This document shows positions 1 to 13,406 of a DNA stretch of 64,000 nt, piece by piece. Both the position numbers and the translations under genes were made by a program. Numbering within the stretch: the first letter of the stretch is position 1; each line of letters opens with the position of its first letter. A model generated the notes under the pieces. That model made no database searches and was not told the origin of the DNA. It saw only the letters and a program-made list of their open reading frames with translations. Location of the stretch: assembly GCA_053919585.1 (NCBI GenBank), contig CM132786.1; one strand, given 5' to 3'. The DNA comes from Euprymna scolopes (Eukaryota).

Positions 1-1200
1 GTCGTTTCTTTATTTATAGCGTCGTTTTTTTGCTCTTTTCTCATAGCATGTCGATATTGGTCTTAATATAGTTGGTTATAACCGCGTTTTTTTTGTGCGC
101 CTGTTATTTATCAGTTTAGTAACCTGTTCAAGTTTTTCCGTCTATCTCATCTTTATTCATTCTCATGAATCATCTGTGTAGCAATTTTCTTTCATAGTTT
201 TATGTTTTATCTTTTGACTCTCTGTTTTCTGTTTTGTCCAATTTTACAATGTCTTATCCTTTCTGTGTTTTGCGTTATTATATTTTTTCTAAATTTTTGT
301 GTCATTTGTTTTCTATGTAAAGCAATTTATTTCCTCCATCTTATCGTTTCACGTAGAGTCGATGAACATTATCCTTTCCGTGTTGCGCATGGTACCTGGC
401 TATATGTTTCCTGCACGTATGGTCGAGATGCTTTGAGTTTTCTTTGTTCCAGCTTATGAACGATCCAGAGTATATTATTAGCGATACTCTCCATATGTTT
501 ATACATTTTCTTAAGGTCCTTCTCTATAATCAATATTTAAGAGTTATTTTATTCTTTTTAAGAATTCTTTACTAATTTTCTATTTCATTTCTGTTGATTT
601 GATTATGTTGATCAGCTGTAGAACCTCCAATTATTTGTAGGTCATAATCTAGAGTCATGATCTCCACTTGGTTGGGTAATTCTTAACTTTCCATTGTATC
701 CGCCTTATAAATATCAGTTCGCACTTTTCATTTCTGAAAAATCTGATTGAGTGCATTAACGTCAATAATTATGTGTTGTGCCTTGTGAACAGTTTCAGGT
801 CGTTCATATACTTCGATGGTTCAGGTTTTATTTTGTATTGTTAGACTTGTATCCGGCTTGGCATTTGCATAGTAAAGTAAAAGACGGCATCATTATGGTG
901 AAGAGCATCGGTTATAAGGAAATCCCCTTTTGCATTTTTATCTTAGTTATGTATTGCCTATCAGTTGTCAATTCAAGTCTCCATGATCTCATTTCTTTTT
1001 CAATCAACTTTATCAGTTTGTCTAGTATTTTGTAAATCTTCAAGCCTGTCACATTTTCAGAGTAAATCCAATGCGATGGATATATTTTCTTCCTTGTACC
1101 GATTTCAGAATATTTGTGTCTATCTGTAGTAAATCCTCTGTTTCCCCTTTTCTACATTCGCATTTTTAGTGTTCCCGTGCAAGTAGTTCGCGCTTATTAA
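1..1200 (-). mobile_element. Degenerate RLE-type (R4/NeSL-like) non-LTR retrotransposon, RT to pre-zinc-knuckle region
   Basis: Minus-strand translation gives YSGSFISWNKENSKHLDHTCRKHIARYHAQHGKDNVHRLYVKR*DGG (cf. HPxxDVDRLYxxRKEGGRGL) and AQKNAVITNYIKTNID. Many stops and frameshifts. Confidence 0.7.
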
Positions 1201-1439
1201 GCCAACGTTTCTAAAGAATAAGTTTCGTTTCGTCCGCTGTTTTTTGTTTCGTTGGTAATCAGTAGACATTCTATAAATTTATCATCCGTTTCCCATAGCC
1301 ATGTTCTATGGGGTGGTTTCTACAATAGCATTTCATTACCAGTCAGATGGTAATACGATTGTTCTTAAAGTATTGAATGTTTCACTATGAGAAATGATGT
1401 TGTTCAAATATATTTTAATTCGTAATAAAGTTGATTTGG

Positions 1440-2569
1440 AATCTTTCTCTCTGATAGGTTCATAAGAGTAGTGGTTGATGGGCAGAACTCAGAGGCCCAC
1501 AGTATTAATACTGGAGTCCCCCAGGGGTCCATCCTGTGCCCAACTCTCTTCCTTATCTACATCAATAATCTCCCAAAACACATACTTAAATCATTCGTTG
1601 ACATCTATGCTGATGACACGACGATCTATGGCAACACAACAAACGCCGTAAATGACAAAGTTCTCTCTAATTCTCTCTCCTCTGATCTTCAGCGAGTAGT
1701 ACAATGGGGAAGAGGTGGCTGGTCACTTTTAATGCATCTAAAACCAAGCTTCTATCTTTACAGCATCAACGCTCTGATCCCCATCTGGCATCAGTTGAAA
1801 TGGATGGCTCTCGTCTTGGAGAGGCTCCATGTTTTGACAAGCTTCTGGGTTTGACCTTTACTCCTGATCTGAGATGGAACACTTACATCAAATCTGTTGC
1901 CAGGGACGCTGGAAAAATGGTGGTCTCCTTCTACCGCTCCAGAAGATATCTCACCAATGATGCAATTCTCTATCTGTATAAAAGCCAAGTACGTCCAAAG
2001 ATGGAGTACTGCTGCAATATCTGGGCAGGGGCTGCTAAAAACAGCCTATCGTGCCTTGACAGAGTACAAAATAGACTTCGTAGTTTGGTGGGGGATGCCC
2101 TTTTCTCTTCCCTGCAGCCTCTCTCCCACAGAAGAGACGTTGCGAGCCTATCTTTGTTTTATCGTTATTTCCATGGCAAGTGCTCGTCAGAGCTCCAATC
2201 TCTTGTCCCCCTGGTCAATCTTTCACGAGAAACATCCGTCTGGCTGAAACTACTGTCAAAAAATTTCCCCACTCTTTATCTGTGCCTAAATCCAAACGTA
2301 GATTCTATGAGCAGAGCTTCTTTCTCAGAAGTGCGCGATTGTGGAACTCTCTTCCGTTTACCTGTTTCCTACGTGACTACAACTTGGATGTCTTCAAATC
2401 CAACATAAACAAATTCCTGACAAACCGCCCCCTTAAGTAAGACACTATATCAAATCTCCAATACTAATTATTACTACAATACTATCTCATTGATTACTGT
2501 ACTTGCAATAACCCTTATTCCTGAGTGGCCTCCGGGCCTTGATAAGTGGTGACCCCCATGTAAAAAAAA
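1440..2569 (+). mobile_element. 5'-truncated CR1/L2-like LINE (family A), RT C-terminal half, 3' UTR and poly(A)
   Basis: GVPQGSIL and YADD motifs in ORF 1471-1854, continued through frameshifts in ORFs 1704-2408 and 2180-2440 (MEYCC, HRRDVASL, FFLRSARLWNSLP). Conserved tail ccttattcctgagtggcctccgggccttgataagtggtga-An. Possible aatctt TSD. Confidence 0.93.
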
Positions 2570-3097
2570 TCTTAAGTTTGTGAACAATAATAAAGTTACA
2601 TAAAATTTGTTATTTAGAATAAACAAATACTATCACAGTTTTAGAAAACACTGGAAGGATGTATCTGGAACGTCAGTTTGAAAACAGAGGAGAAGTTTTT
2701 ATATGTACACGTAAGCGGCCAAAACGACTGATAGCCAAGGCGCTAGTGTTTGATCATCAGTCGGGGAAGCATTATGACTACCTAACTAAAGACAATGTAA
2801 GACTTTAGAGAAATCCGTAGCAACTTCGAGGGAATCTATCAAAAATATATCAATGTTATATAAAAGAAAATTGAATTATTTCGGAGGAAGAATTATGTTT
2901 GCAGCGTAGAAAATCTGGAAGAACTATCATACAGTCTTTCTATCGTTGAATCATTGAGAAGAAATGTTGTCCTGAAAACGTCAAGCAATCACTTTTCGTC
3001 ATTTGAGAGAAAAACTTGTCCTTGAAATTGCAATTTAATTATTTAGTCAAAAATAAACTTATGTTGCAAAGACAATTCATTATATTCATATTGAAAG

Positions 3098-3647
3098 CTA
3101 GCAGCCGCGCCCTTCGGCACACACAGCGCTGAGCCAAACGCAAAATCGAGTACACTCAACATCAAGTACACTCAACATCAAGTACACTCAACATCAACGC
3201 TTACCCTGTGAACTCTGAGTATGGGAAATTCGCATATTCACAAATCATTGAAAAATAAAAATACCCTAAGAGCAAGGATAATTAGTAAACGTATGATAAA
3301 TGATGGTTAAAATTATTACTCAATTTGTCTGGATTCGAACCTGGAATCTTCTGATCTGTAGTCAGATGCATTATCCATTGCGCCACAAGTCCCATCCGTA
3401 CGCCGAAAGATGCAACCGTGACTGTATACAGACAGTGCTAAATTCCGTTGACATGGACAGGTAACCTTTTCTACAAGAAGAAACGGCCCCAAACTCCTTA
3501 TTTCAAGTTTTTTTGTGTGACTCGGCGTTGTTCGTTACGAACCATATATAAATAAGGACAATCTAGAGACTCACACGTTTCAGGGGGAAAACATTTTCAA
3601 TTCGGCCCATCCGTTCGAAAGTTTTATTGGTATATATATCTATATAC

Positions 3648-3678
<31 letters not shown>

Positions 3679-3704
3679 TATTTAGAATTGTATTAATATA
3701 TAGA
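3098..3704 (-). mobile_element. Non-autonomous Helitron-like element carrying a tRNA pseudogene
   Basis: Minus strand starts TC(TATATATTAATAC), has a microsatellite near the 5' end, and ends with hairpin gtgcc-gaag-ggcgc followed by CTAG. Internal 16-bp repeat agtacactcaacatca x3. Confidence 0.6.
3321..3392 (-). pseudogene. tRNA-Arg(ACG)-derived pseudogene (anticodon now ACA)
   Basis: Reverse complement ggacttgtggcgcaatggataatgcatctgactacagatcagaagattccaggttcgaatcc closely matches metazoan tRNA-Arg-ACG. Shows CpG-type transitions and a broken acceptor stem. Confidence 0.85.
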
Positions 3705-4346
3705 TAACATTACCATCAAAATGAAAGTGTTGTAAGAGGTCGATTATAAGATTTCGACTACCTTAATTAACAAAAAAATATGTGATGAGATCGAGTTGTT
3801 ATGTTTACAGGTAGACCGAAGAAAATGCTGTTGCTACACCTGATACTTCCATAAGTGCTGGTGATGATTGTACTCGTCAGCAACAGTAGCATTCGAGTGC
3901 CTACATATTGAACCTGGCCAAAACCGAACTGAGTAAGGATAAAACGTACGTGCTCATATAGAATAAATTAAGGTACATCTGCTGACGCGTTGCCTGTGTT
4001 AGATTGACGTCAACTAGGGTGGAATGCGCATTGAGAGATACTAATAAGTATATTCCGTACACTGCGTTAAGTTCATCCAAAGTATTGCTTGCTTTATTGT
4101 AGGATTTTGGATCCTGTAAACATTCTTACTTAAAACAAAAATATTATTTTATAACATATAACAAATAGTTTATCGCAACATATTTTAATATATATTAACG
4201 ATTCTATGTGATCTTAGACGTGAACAATTTTTGGAACACATTTTGCCAGAGTTGATTCATGGATTTGTTGCATTTGGCAATTAAGAAGAGCTAATTTTCT
4301 ACCCGTATATGAACGGCTCCTTATGTTTGGAAATGTATGAGGGGGT

Positions 4347-4517
4347 TAGTTGTTTCTGTCTGTGTATGCAGGGCTAGTTTTGCCTACTCGTTTATCAAGG
4401 GTTAGTTCTGTCTGTCTGTGTATGGAAGGATAGTTCTGTCTGTCTGTGTATGGAAGGATAGTTGTATCTGTCTGTGTATGGAAGGATAGTTGGATCTGGC
4501 TGTGTATTAAGCGATAG
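4347..4517. repeat. 28-bp minisatellite, about 6 degenerate copies
   Basis: Unit tagttctgtctgtctgtgtatggaagga. Confidence 0.85.
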
Positions 4518-5039
4518 AGATGTAAGTGCTAATTTGAGTGCGGGTCTATGTGATGTGTAATTATATTCAAAGGTAATAGGGACGTGTAGTTTAAGAATGT
4601 AAATGTATTAATTTGCATATGAGGTAGATAGCTGCATTAAGAAGAACAAATTAATGAGAGTCAGCGAGTGGAGTATTTTGCATCGGCGTTTAAATGTTGT
4701 GCTAATGACAACGTGTTTTCACGGTACATTTTATTTGATATTTAAGGTGTTCACATTGAATGATCGAAAACAAAATCGCTTTATCAAACAAGATACGCAC
4801 GCACATATACACACAAGCGAATATAAAGACAGATCAGCTTAAATCAACCGCACAGACGGCGAGGAAATATATATATACAGATAGAAGTATTGTCTTGGCA
4901 TTAACACGTACAAAGGAAAATACATAAGCAGAATACTAAATAGCGGTAGACGTATACAGACAAAATAGTGTAAGACAACGAACAAACGACAAACAACAAC
5001 GGCAGCGCACACGGACGCGATCGTCAAGGTGCGTTCTGA

Positions 5040-5135
5040 CATCGTCGAGGTTGTCATCGTCGTCGTCATCGTCGACGTCGTCCTAGTCGTCGTCGTCGTC
5101 TTCGTCGTCGTAGTCAACGTCACAGCCGTCGTCGG
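5040..5135. repeat. Degenerate (GTC)n microsatellite
   Basis: gtc/atc runs explain the poly-V and poly-T ORFs. Confidence 0.85.
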
Positions 5136-5238
5136 GAGTGGCACAGGGCAGCGGCGGCATCTTACCCGTCGTCGTGTTCGGAAAACAGAGGAGAGACAAC
5201 GTGCACATGGAGCCTTCTCGCAAGCGGCTCCTCGGTCC

Positions 5239-5740
5239 GATGCATCTGCTGCTTGTCTCTCGCTCCTGGACAGGGTTCAAAAGAGAGTCGCCAACCTGAT
5301 AGGTCCTGAACTGTCATCTAGGCTTCAACCTCTGTCCCATCGACGAGATGTTGCATCCCTCTGCCTGTTCTACAAATACTTTAATGGTGAATGCTCTGAC
5401 GAACTGCAAACACTTGTACCTCCCCGACGTAACTACCCCCGACAAACCCAACAAGCTACTAAGTCTCATCCCTTTACAGTAGAGATCCCTAGGTGCAAGA
5501 AAGCCTTTTACTCCAATAGTTTTTTCCCCAGAACTGCGGGTCTTTGGAACTCCCTCCCGGGATTCTGCTTTCCCAACTGCACTGCTATGCAGAAGTTCAA
5601 GTGTAATGTTAACAAACATCTTTCTACTCATCTCCCTTCATAATGACCCCGCTAATTAAGTCCCTGATAGTGACCCCCTGCTTCAAAGTGGCACTGTGCC
5701 CTGTTTGGGGTGAAAATTGAATAAAAAAGAAAAGAAAAAA
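5239..5740 (+). mobile_element. 3' fragment of CR1/L2-like LINE (family B)
   Basis: LSLLDRVQKR..LQPLSHRRDVASLCLFYKYF..SFFPRTAGLWNSLP. Tail ctgatagtgaccccc..gtttggggtgaaaa-An is shared with copies at 54030 and 62826. Confidence 0.92.
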
Positions 5741-7884
5741 AAGCATAACAATACACAGAAACAGATGCATACACACAAAATATGTGCATGTAATTATGTA
5801 AAACAGAATCACATATGTAAGAACGCATAAAGAAAATATTTACGGACAACAACACACTTCATACACGTAACGAACCCACAATATGTGAAATAATACACTA
5901 ACCACTCACATCTGCACGTACAACAAAACATTTATAAATAATATGTTAAAACACACCTATAAACACACTAGAAAAAGGAAGTAAACTAACTAATGCACCC
6001 ATGCTTACTCACAAAGATAATACGTAGTAACATTATTACACAACGTCACACGACTGGATACGCATCAAAAAGTACATAGTACAACAATAGACAAGGACAC
6101 ACGCGTGCACGCATATAATAGACATAAGTTGGCACAATAAGCACATAGAATAAGCCATATATATACATATATACACGCACAAAGTATATATGTGCGCAGA
6201 ATTTTGAACACACGTTTACCCGCAAACACGCTAAACTAAACATCGTCTGAAGATCTCTAAAAAACTGTTCACATTTTAAAATCAAATTTAATTTTCCAAG
6301 ATACAATTTAAAAAGATTCAATAAAACAGAATTTAACATCTTTTTTTTCTCGTTTTGTTTTGCGTCAGAGAAACTAATTGCTTTTTATTCAATTATTTTG
6401 CTTAAAATAAATAGAAAAAACATTTTTTTAACGGTCTTTTATGAGTTTAGTAATTGAATTTTCACACTCACATTCCTTTCAGCTCGACGATCGCATCGTT
6501 GTTGACTCTAGATAATGTTTCTAAAAGAAGAATGTCATTGTTTGGTAAAACCTTAACATATCTACAAAAAGTATGTGTATGCATATAATGGTTAACTTCG
6601 ATTATAATAGTGAAGTACACTAATGTTCACATACACTTGATGCAGACAACGTCCCGATAACCCTATTCTAATATTATTAACAATACCGACTAGCATAAAT
6701 TTTTGCTCATACACTTGAAGAAAAAAAATCTTGTAATCACAAAGTTCGTTTTTCATGTAGAGTAATGCAGCATTTTATGCGTGTTTCTAATTTTTTCAGA
6801 TAAATAAAATCTCGCATGCTAATCCCATGGCCTAAAAGTTCAGTTTTAAATTGCATGCATATGCACGTGTTTGACAGAAAGATTCCTGTGTCGACAAGAC
6901 ATAAAAAAAAGATCAGACGTCTCATTGACTAAAACATTGTATAAGAAATAATCAACATGAAACCAGTAGGTTGAATAATACATTTTATAATACGAAAATC
7001 ACATTTTATAGGCTTATACGAGCCATTCAAATTATATTTATGTACACGCAATTAACATTACAAAATTGAATACGAGGACTATAAAACAACTCACAGGCAT
7101 AACAAAAGTTGCACTGGATTAAGAATCGACCAAAATGTCGAATGCAAGAATTTGAAATATAATTATCATAAAGTATCGATAATAAATATAAGATGATTTT
7201 CTACCAATAATGAACATAAAAAAAACATTCGTATTGAAAATATTTTTGATTGACAAGACTTTTTTTTGTTTGCTTATCTTAGGAAAAGAATAATAAGACG
7301 TTGATGCTACTATTATACATATTTTGGTTACGTTTGATATTTTGTAACAAAAAATTAATCCAAATAAATTTGTTTTTGTTTTCGTGACACAATTCTGAAA
7401 TGTATACTATTTAATTTGCGTATGAAGAGAGAAAGTGCGTTAAAAAAGACGAATTGGGTGGACAGCGTTTTATATGTTCGGCAGCTGGGAAAACACATTG
7501 AAGCAAAGAGTTGGTGCGAATCGCGGCATCAGTGAACGTGAATGCAATATTTTGTATTGAGATTACAGATAAAATGAGGGAGGGATGGAATTGCGTCTAC
7601 AACCAAAATACGCACGCCCATATGTACACATGCGAATTCACATACGAACCAGCTCCAATCACATGCACCAATACTGGCAGAGGCACATATAGACGCACGC
7701 ATATACACACGTGTGTGTCCACCCCGACATGCACAAAAAATAATGAAGTTTTTGTCCAAACATCAGATATTTCAACAAGCATAAAAAATTCAACAATTTA
7801 AATTCAGGTCAGACTCTAACGCAACAACCTGCTTTAATACAAACTTAATTTAAATAATGTCCATAATACCATGGAACACATACA

Positions 7885-7972
7885 GTAGTGTGGGGACGAT
7901 TAATCTGAATCGGAATTGGGAATCAGAAAAATCGTAACTTTTAGGTGTATCGGAATCGGTGTGGGAAAATTC
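7885..7972 (+). mobile_element. Terminal fragment of hAT-like element with GGAATC subterminal repeats
   Basis: TAGTGTGGGGACGATTAATCTGAATCGGAAT resembles the termini at 35861, 38209 and 39086. Confidence 0.55.
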
Positions 7973-8050
7973 AGAAGTTGTGAATTGCGCAATACAAAAC
8001 ATAAAAGAAGAATGTAATATTTTAACATTCACAATCGCACAATTACGGGG

Positions 8051-8558
8051 ATGTCGACTGATGACTAAAAGAATGTCGACTGATGACTAAAAGAACGTCG
8101 ACTGATGACTAATAAGAATGTTGACTGATGACTAAAAGAATGTCGACTGATGACTAAAAGAATGTCGACTGATGACTAAAAGAATGTCGACTGATGACTA
8201 ATAAGAATGTTGACTGATGACTAAAAGAATGTCGACTGATGACTAAAAGAATGTCGACTGATGACTAAAAGAATGTCGACTGATGACTAAAAGAACGTCG
8301 ACTGATGACTAATAAGAATGTTGACTGATGACTAAAAGAATGTCGACTGATGACTAAAAGAATGTCGACTGATGACTAAAAGAATGTCGACTGATGACTA
8401 AAAGAATGTCGACTGATGACTAAAAGAATGTCGACTGATGACTAAAAGAACGTCGACTGATGACTAAAAGAATGTCGACTGATGACTAAAAGAATGTTGA
8501 CTGATGACTAAAAGAAAAATAAACAACAAAAAAATTGCAGGAATGTCGACTGATGACT
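8051..8558. repeat. 22-bp tandem satellite, about 21 copies plus one orphan
   Basis: Unit atgtcgactgatgactaaaaga with recurrent variants acgtcg, aataaga and atgttg. Confidence 0.97.
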
Positions 8559-9687
8559 TTTAAGCTGGTGTCGATATGGCAGGGGTTTGTTAATTTGATG
8601 GCAAACGAAATGAAGAGTAGAAAAAAAACAAGAAACAGTCACTGTTCGGAAAGTAAGTGCAATAAATGCATTTTTTTAAAACAGAAAAAGAGGCGATTCA
8701 GATTTTTTTTTATTTGTTTGTTCTTTTGCGCTGGTGCCGGATAGTGCGTAGGTCGGATAGAGTTGAACTGTAATGACATTGCTAAAAAGTAACGATCACG
8801 TAACATAGAGAAAGCCAGTTTACCATTGGTATAAAAAAAAATATTCAGCTAAACTGTATTTATATGCTTGCTTCATCGCTGAGAGAAAATAAAACGGCTA
8901 ATTGCACGCCATTTTAGCATTGCATTAGAGATCAAAGTAAATATTGACCTACTTCAAATAATTCAGTTAGTAAAAAATGCCTCTACGACAGTGATTTTAA
9001 TCTCAAATAGATCTTTCCTATTCACTCGAAGAAGCTTTCATAAAAGACTACGTTAAAACGTAAAACAGATATTCGAATTCTATGTTTTAGAGGTAAACGA
9101 TCATAACAGAAATTCTACGGATATATTAACTAGGAAAATGTTAAAGAAATATTTATTGATAAAATGTTTCTTTTTATTATATTTCTCATGGTGTTTGGGT
9201 TAAATTATAATAAAACGTCATTTGAATTTATAATGATTTCATCGTTTTCTGGTTTCGTTTCAATTCCTCTTGCGTCTATTTTGTTCATTCTTTTTCCTTC
9301 TTTGCCGGGAAGATTAAAAGTCTTCGAGATGCCAATTAGTGTCCATTAAATGTCTTCTCTGGTCGGTTTTACACTTCTCACTTTCGCATTAACTTCAACC
9401 ACCCGATAATTGGTCGAATAAAATCGTCCAACTGCAAAGCCCCTCGACTGTTCTTTCCTGCGATCACAAAAAGCGAACGGTATTTAATCGATATTTTCAT
9501 TGATTGTTTGATTAGTCCAACATCCGTTCAATGTCTTGCATTCTTTTCCCTTTTGCAATCAACGAATACCATCGAATCACGCGTGAAAGACATCGTTTAT
9601 GTAAACAACTATTTCTGCAGCAAACATCAATATGAAGTTTTCCAATTGAAAACCTGTATTGTAATGGATTTTCTGGGAGACTGTTAG

Positions 9688-10072
9688 TTTTTTTTACATG
9701 GAGGTCACCACTTATCAAGGCCCAGAATCCACTCGTGGATAAGGGTTATTGTGTGTACAGTAATCAATGGGATAGTATCGGAGTAATAGTTAGTATTGGA
9801 GATTTGATAAAGTGTCATTACTTAAGGGGGCGGTTCATCAGAAATTTGTTTGTGTTGGACTTGAAGACACCAAAGTTGAAGTCGGGAGGGAAACAGGCAA
9901 GCGGCAGAGAGTTCCACAGGCGTGCAGTTCTAAGAAGGAAGCTTTGTTCATGCAATCTACGTTTTGATTTAGGCACGGATAAAGAGTGGGTGAAATTATT
10001 GATAGTGGTTTCAGCTAGCCAGGTGTTTTTCGTGAAATATTGGCGAAGGGGGACCAGAGAATGGAGCTCAGA
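9688..10072 (-). mobile_element. 3' fragment of LINE family A
   Basis: Reverse complement of the 2200-2569 tail (caccacttatcaaggccc..gataagggtta; ttccacaggcgtgcagttctaagaa). Confidence 0.9.
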
Positions 10073-10776
10073 TGAGCTAGTTAGAAAGTGGGGGAGAGAA
10101 ATAAATAGTATGAGATATTTCTTAAGCAGAATCTAAGTCAAGTAACACATGTTGTTTTGTGTGAAAATTGAGAGTCTCTTCAGTTGCATATATTAACCAA
10201 TAGCTACTAATACTTAATTATCATTGAAAATGTTTGTAAATGTACAGTATTTGAACTAAAATTGCCCAAATAAACAAAAAAGTGCTCTATAATAAACACC
10301 GTGAGCCAATAAAAGTGTTACATGCGAAGGGCTACCCCATTCTCATGTAAGAAAGAAGGCGGACTAGATAAGTAAAATGATATTAGGAAAAGGCTAGAAT
10401 CGAACTTTTGAGGCATTAGGCAAGTGTACAGAAAATGGATAATTGAAATCCTAGGAACGCAGTCAATTGTTAATATTATTTATGTGAGAAAAAGAGTGCT
10501 TGCCAATTCTTTTAGAAATAGTTGGATATAAAATATGTCAGTTAAAAGAATGGACAATGCGAGTATATAGATAATGATTTAAAATAGGTCAGATATTGAA
10601 CTATTAAAATTGGGAATTCTTTGTTTGCCAAAGGTGTGTTTTGAGAGACACATGTAAAATTCCCGTGAAATTTATTCACGTTGAAGAGCCACAGTCTGAC
10701 GTCAAAGAGGATTTCGATATATTGAGATGGGGTTCGAAGTTAGGAGATAATCAGAGTCACACTCACAGCGAGAGAG

Positions 10777-10817
<41 letters not shown>

Positions 10818-11319
10818 TCAGAAAATGAAACTGATGTGCTTAGAGGTAAAAGGTGGAAGAAAGACCATATATACAAGTTTGAATTCCTACATCATCTATC
10901 GGCCGCTTGGGGAATTAAGAAATCATCTAATATTTTGTAACTGTTTGTTTTCGTGTTGTCATTCTACCAACTGAAAGGTACATGTGTTTATTATCATCTG
11001 TAACGAACTTTGTATAACAAAGTATTATGTGTTCCACACTTAAGTAATTTATCTCCCCTCTATCTGTGCTAACAAGAACTGTTGTGTAAATGTCTCATCA
11101 CCGTATAAATAATAATATAAAGTCCCCCAGGATCGTCGCAGTCGTCATCGGGATGTAAACAGAATAAAATTGTCACTGTCTCAGCATTGTCATTATCATC
11201 CTCGTTCTGAGTCCCCGTTATGTGTGTCTCCAATATGTACTAGCTACTCAACAAAATTATAAATCACTACGTTCTTCTGAAAAGATCAATTCCAGTGTAA
11301 ATCCTTAATTAGAAAAGGA

Positions 11320-11830
11320 AGTTGTATGGGATTAAAAAGTTTAACTCATGTCCAGGTACCCTACATCTAAAATGTAACGTGTTTAGGCCCAAAATTGGCG
11401 GAAGAGTTTGGTAGAGTCTACAAAAGTCAACTATTCCAACCATGACCTCTTGGCAGCAGTATTTTTGCCCAAAATCTGATTAAAAAGCTTGCTGCCTGTC
11501 TGACTACCCTTTATGTAAAATTTCAAATGTTTAGATCCAAAATTATTGAATAGTTTGCTAGAGACCGCAAAGGTCAAATCTTTTGAACTTTGACCACCAT
11601 TGGCAGCCAGATTTCTGTCAATAAAAACAATTAAAAACTCGCGTTATGTCTTAATATTCTTTATGTAAAATTTTAAATGTTCAGAGCAAAAATTAGCTGA
11701 GTAATTTGGTAGAGACCGCAGAGGTCAAGTTTTTTTAAAGTTTGAACTCAATTTTGACGCATTACCATTTATTGCTTTGGGCTCAAATCAAACAGACAGA
11801 CAATTTCAATTTTATAGATATATAGATAGA
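11320..11830 (-). mobile_element. Non-autonomous Helitron-like fragment (family H2)
   Basis: Internal repeats (ggtagagaccgcagaggtcaa, ttatgtaaaattt) homologous to 30300-30630. Ends cagacagac..tatagat (5' TC on minus strand). Confidence 0.55.
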
Positions 11831-12265
11831 TAATTATCAATGTATACCTAGGATCGAATTAATGAAAAAAATCCATTTTTCTAAGAAACAAAGCACAGCT
11901 ATTTTATTATACGATAGCTTGGTGGTAAAATATCATTTTAAACGTAAGTATTACTGTGAGTTCATGTATTTATTTTTTTTTATCTTAATAAACAAAATAT
12001 ATAAAAGGAAATGTTATATTGCAAGGAAAAAACAATATGATAATAAAATCGTGAAAAACTTAAAGTGATTAAACTCTAAACTTGACCCGCAAAATTTGTA
12101 TTGAAAAAACGAAAAAAAAAACTTAAAAAAACATCATAAACATCGGCCGCTCAGGATATTTCCTAATGTAAATTTCGCAAGATACGAAAGTCGTGGCGGC
12201 AGGCATTTCCCAGACTATCCAAAATGAGAAGAGTGCAAATTTAAATGCACGCAAGGTAGTGCCAG

Positions 12266-12335
<70 letters not shown>

Positions 12336-12409
12336 TACTAAATAAGAAAGTGTCTGTAAGAAAGCGAGATATTTATTTGAGATCGTTTTGAGAGTCTACA
12401 TTAAAAAGT

Positions 12410-12920
12410 GAAATTCGTCTTGTCCAAGATTCGTTCATTTAGTCATCTCATTTTGGACGCTAAAAATAAACATTTAAAAATAAAATCCGTCTTGTTTACT
12501 ATGGTTTGTTCATTTAATCATATAATAATTAAGGACACTTAAAACGTTAGGAAAATCAAGTTCGTCTTGTTTTCTAAGATTCGTTCATTGAGTCATAATT
12601 TCAGACTCTGAAAACAAACATTTAAAATGTTCGTCATTTTTACTAAGATTCATTCATTTAGTCATTTCATAATGTTGGATGCTATAAAAACAAGCAAACA
12701 AAAAAAAAAACAACAAAAACAAAAAAAAAAACAAACGTACAAAAAAGGAAGTTTCCTAAGATTCGTCCAGTCAGTCTTGTCATCAGTTTGGACGCTAAAC
12801 ACACACATAAAAAGGGAAGTCCGTCTTGTTTATCAACATTCGTTCTTACTGGCATTAAATTATTGAGGACGCTGGAAATATACATTATAAAAGCAAACAA
12901 GGTCGTTACGTTTAGTAAGA
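12410..12920. repeat. Degenerate tandem repeat of about 70-75 bp, possibly inside a Helitron-like element starting at about 12333
   Basis: Recurring gtcttgtt..aagattcgttcatttagtcat..ggacgctaaaa units. Confidence 0.7.
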
Positions 12921-13406
12921 CTAGGTTTTATAATCAAGAACGCTCACGATGCTAAAACTAACGACCGAACAGTCGATGTTTAATCGGTGAAAACATTAAA
13001 TAAAGAATGTTAGACAACTTATTTCTAAAGCTTTGTTACGAATACTTTTTTGTTGAGGAAAAAGTAAATGTTACGGCAAGGCAATGTAAACGGCCGTCGT
13101 TAATCTCTCCGAAATGCGACGTTAGGAAAGTATATTTTTTCAAACTATGCGCGGCCATATCGTGTGTGTAGTTAAATTTGAGAGTATCACTACGAAAAGA
13201 TATGATTGAATTCTTACATATTTTTTGCAGCAAAATGTAGTAAGCAAAAATCAGGAACAAAGATAGTAAATAGTCAGTTTCGCCCTGCAGCGCTCACCCC
13301 TAGAAGAGAGGGATTTCTTGGCTGTAATGATCGTAGAGAAAGAAGAATGAGGCAGAAAAAAAGTAGAAGAAAACTCGCTTCTCGCAGATTCGTGGTTCGT
13401 CACAAC

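Noticed and set aside
3321-3392. Functional tRNA-Cys(ACA)
   Set aside because: The body is Arg(ACG)-type with CpG decay and broken acceptor and T stems.
3811-3936. Possible coding exon (tttacag ... gtaagg)
   Set aside because: Stop codons in all three frames and no recognisable product.
4839-5643. Thr-rich, Val-rich and 204-aa ORFs as genes
   Set aside because: Produced by a (GTC)n microsatellite fused to a LINE fragment.
8051-8515. CRISPR-like array
   Set aside because: No unique spacers; contiguous tandem units in eukaryotic DNA with no cas genes.
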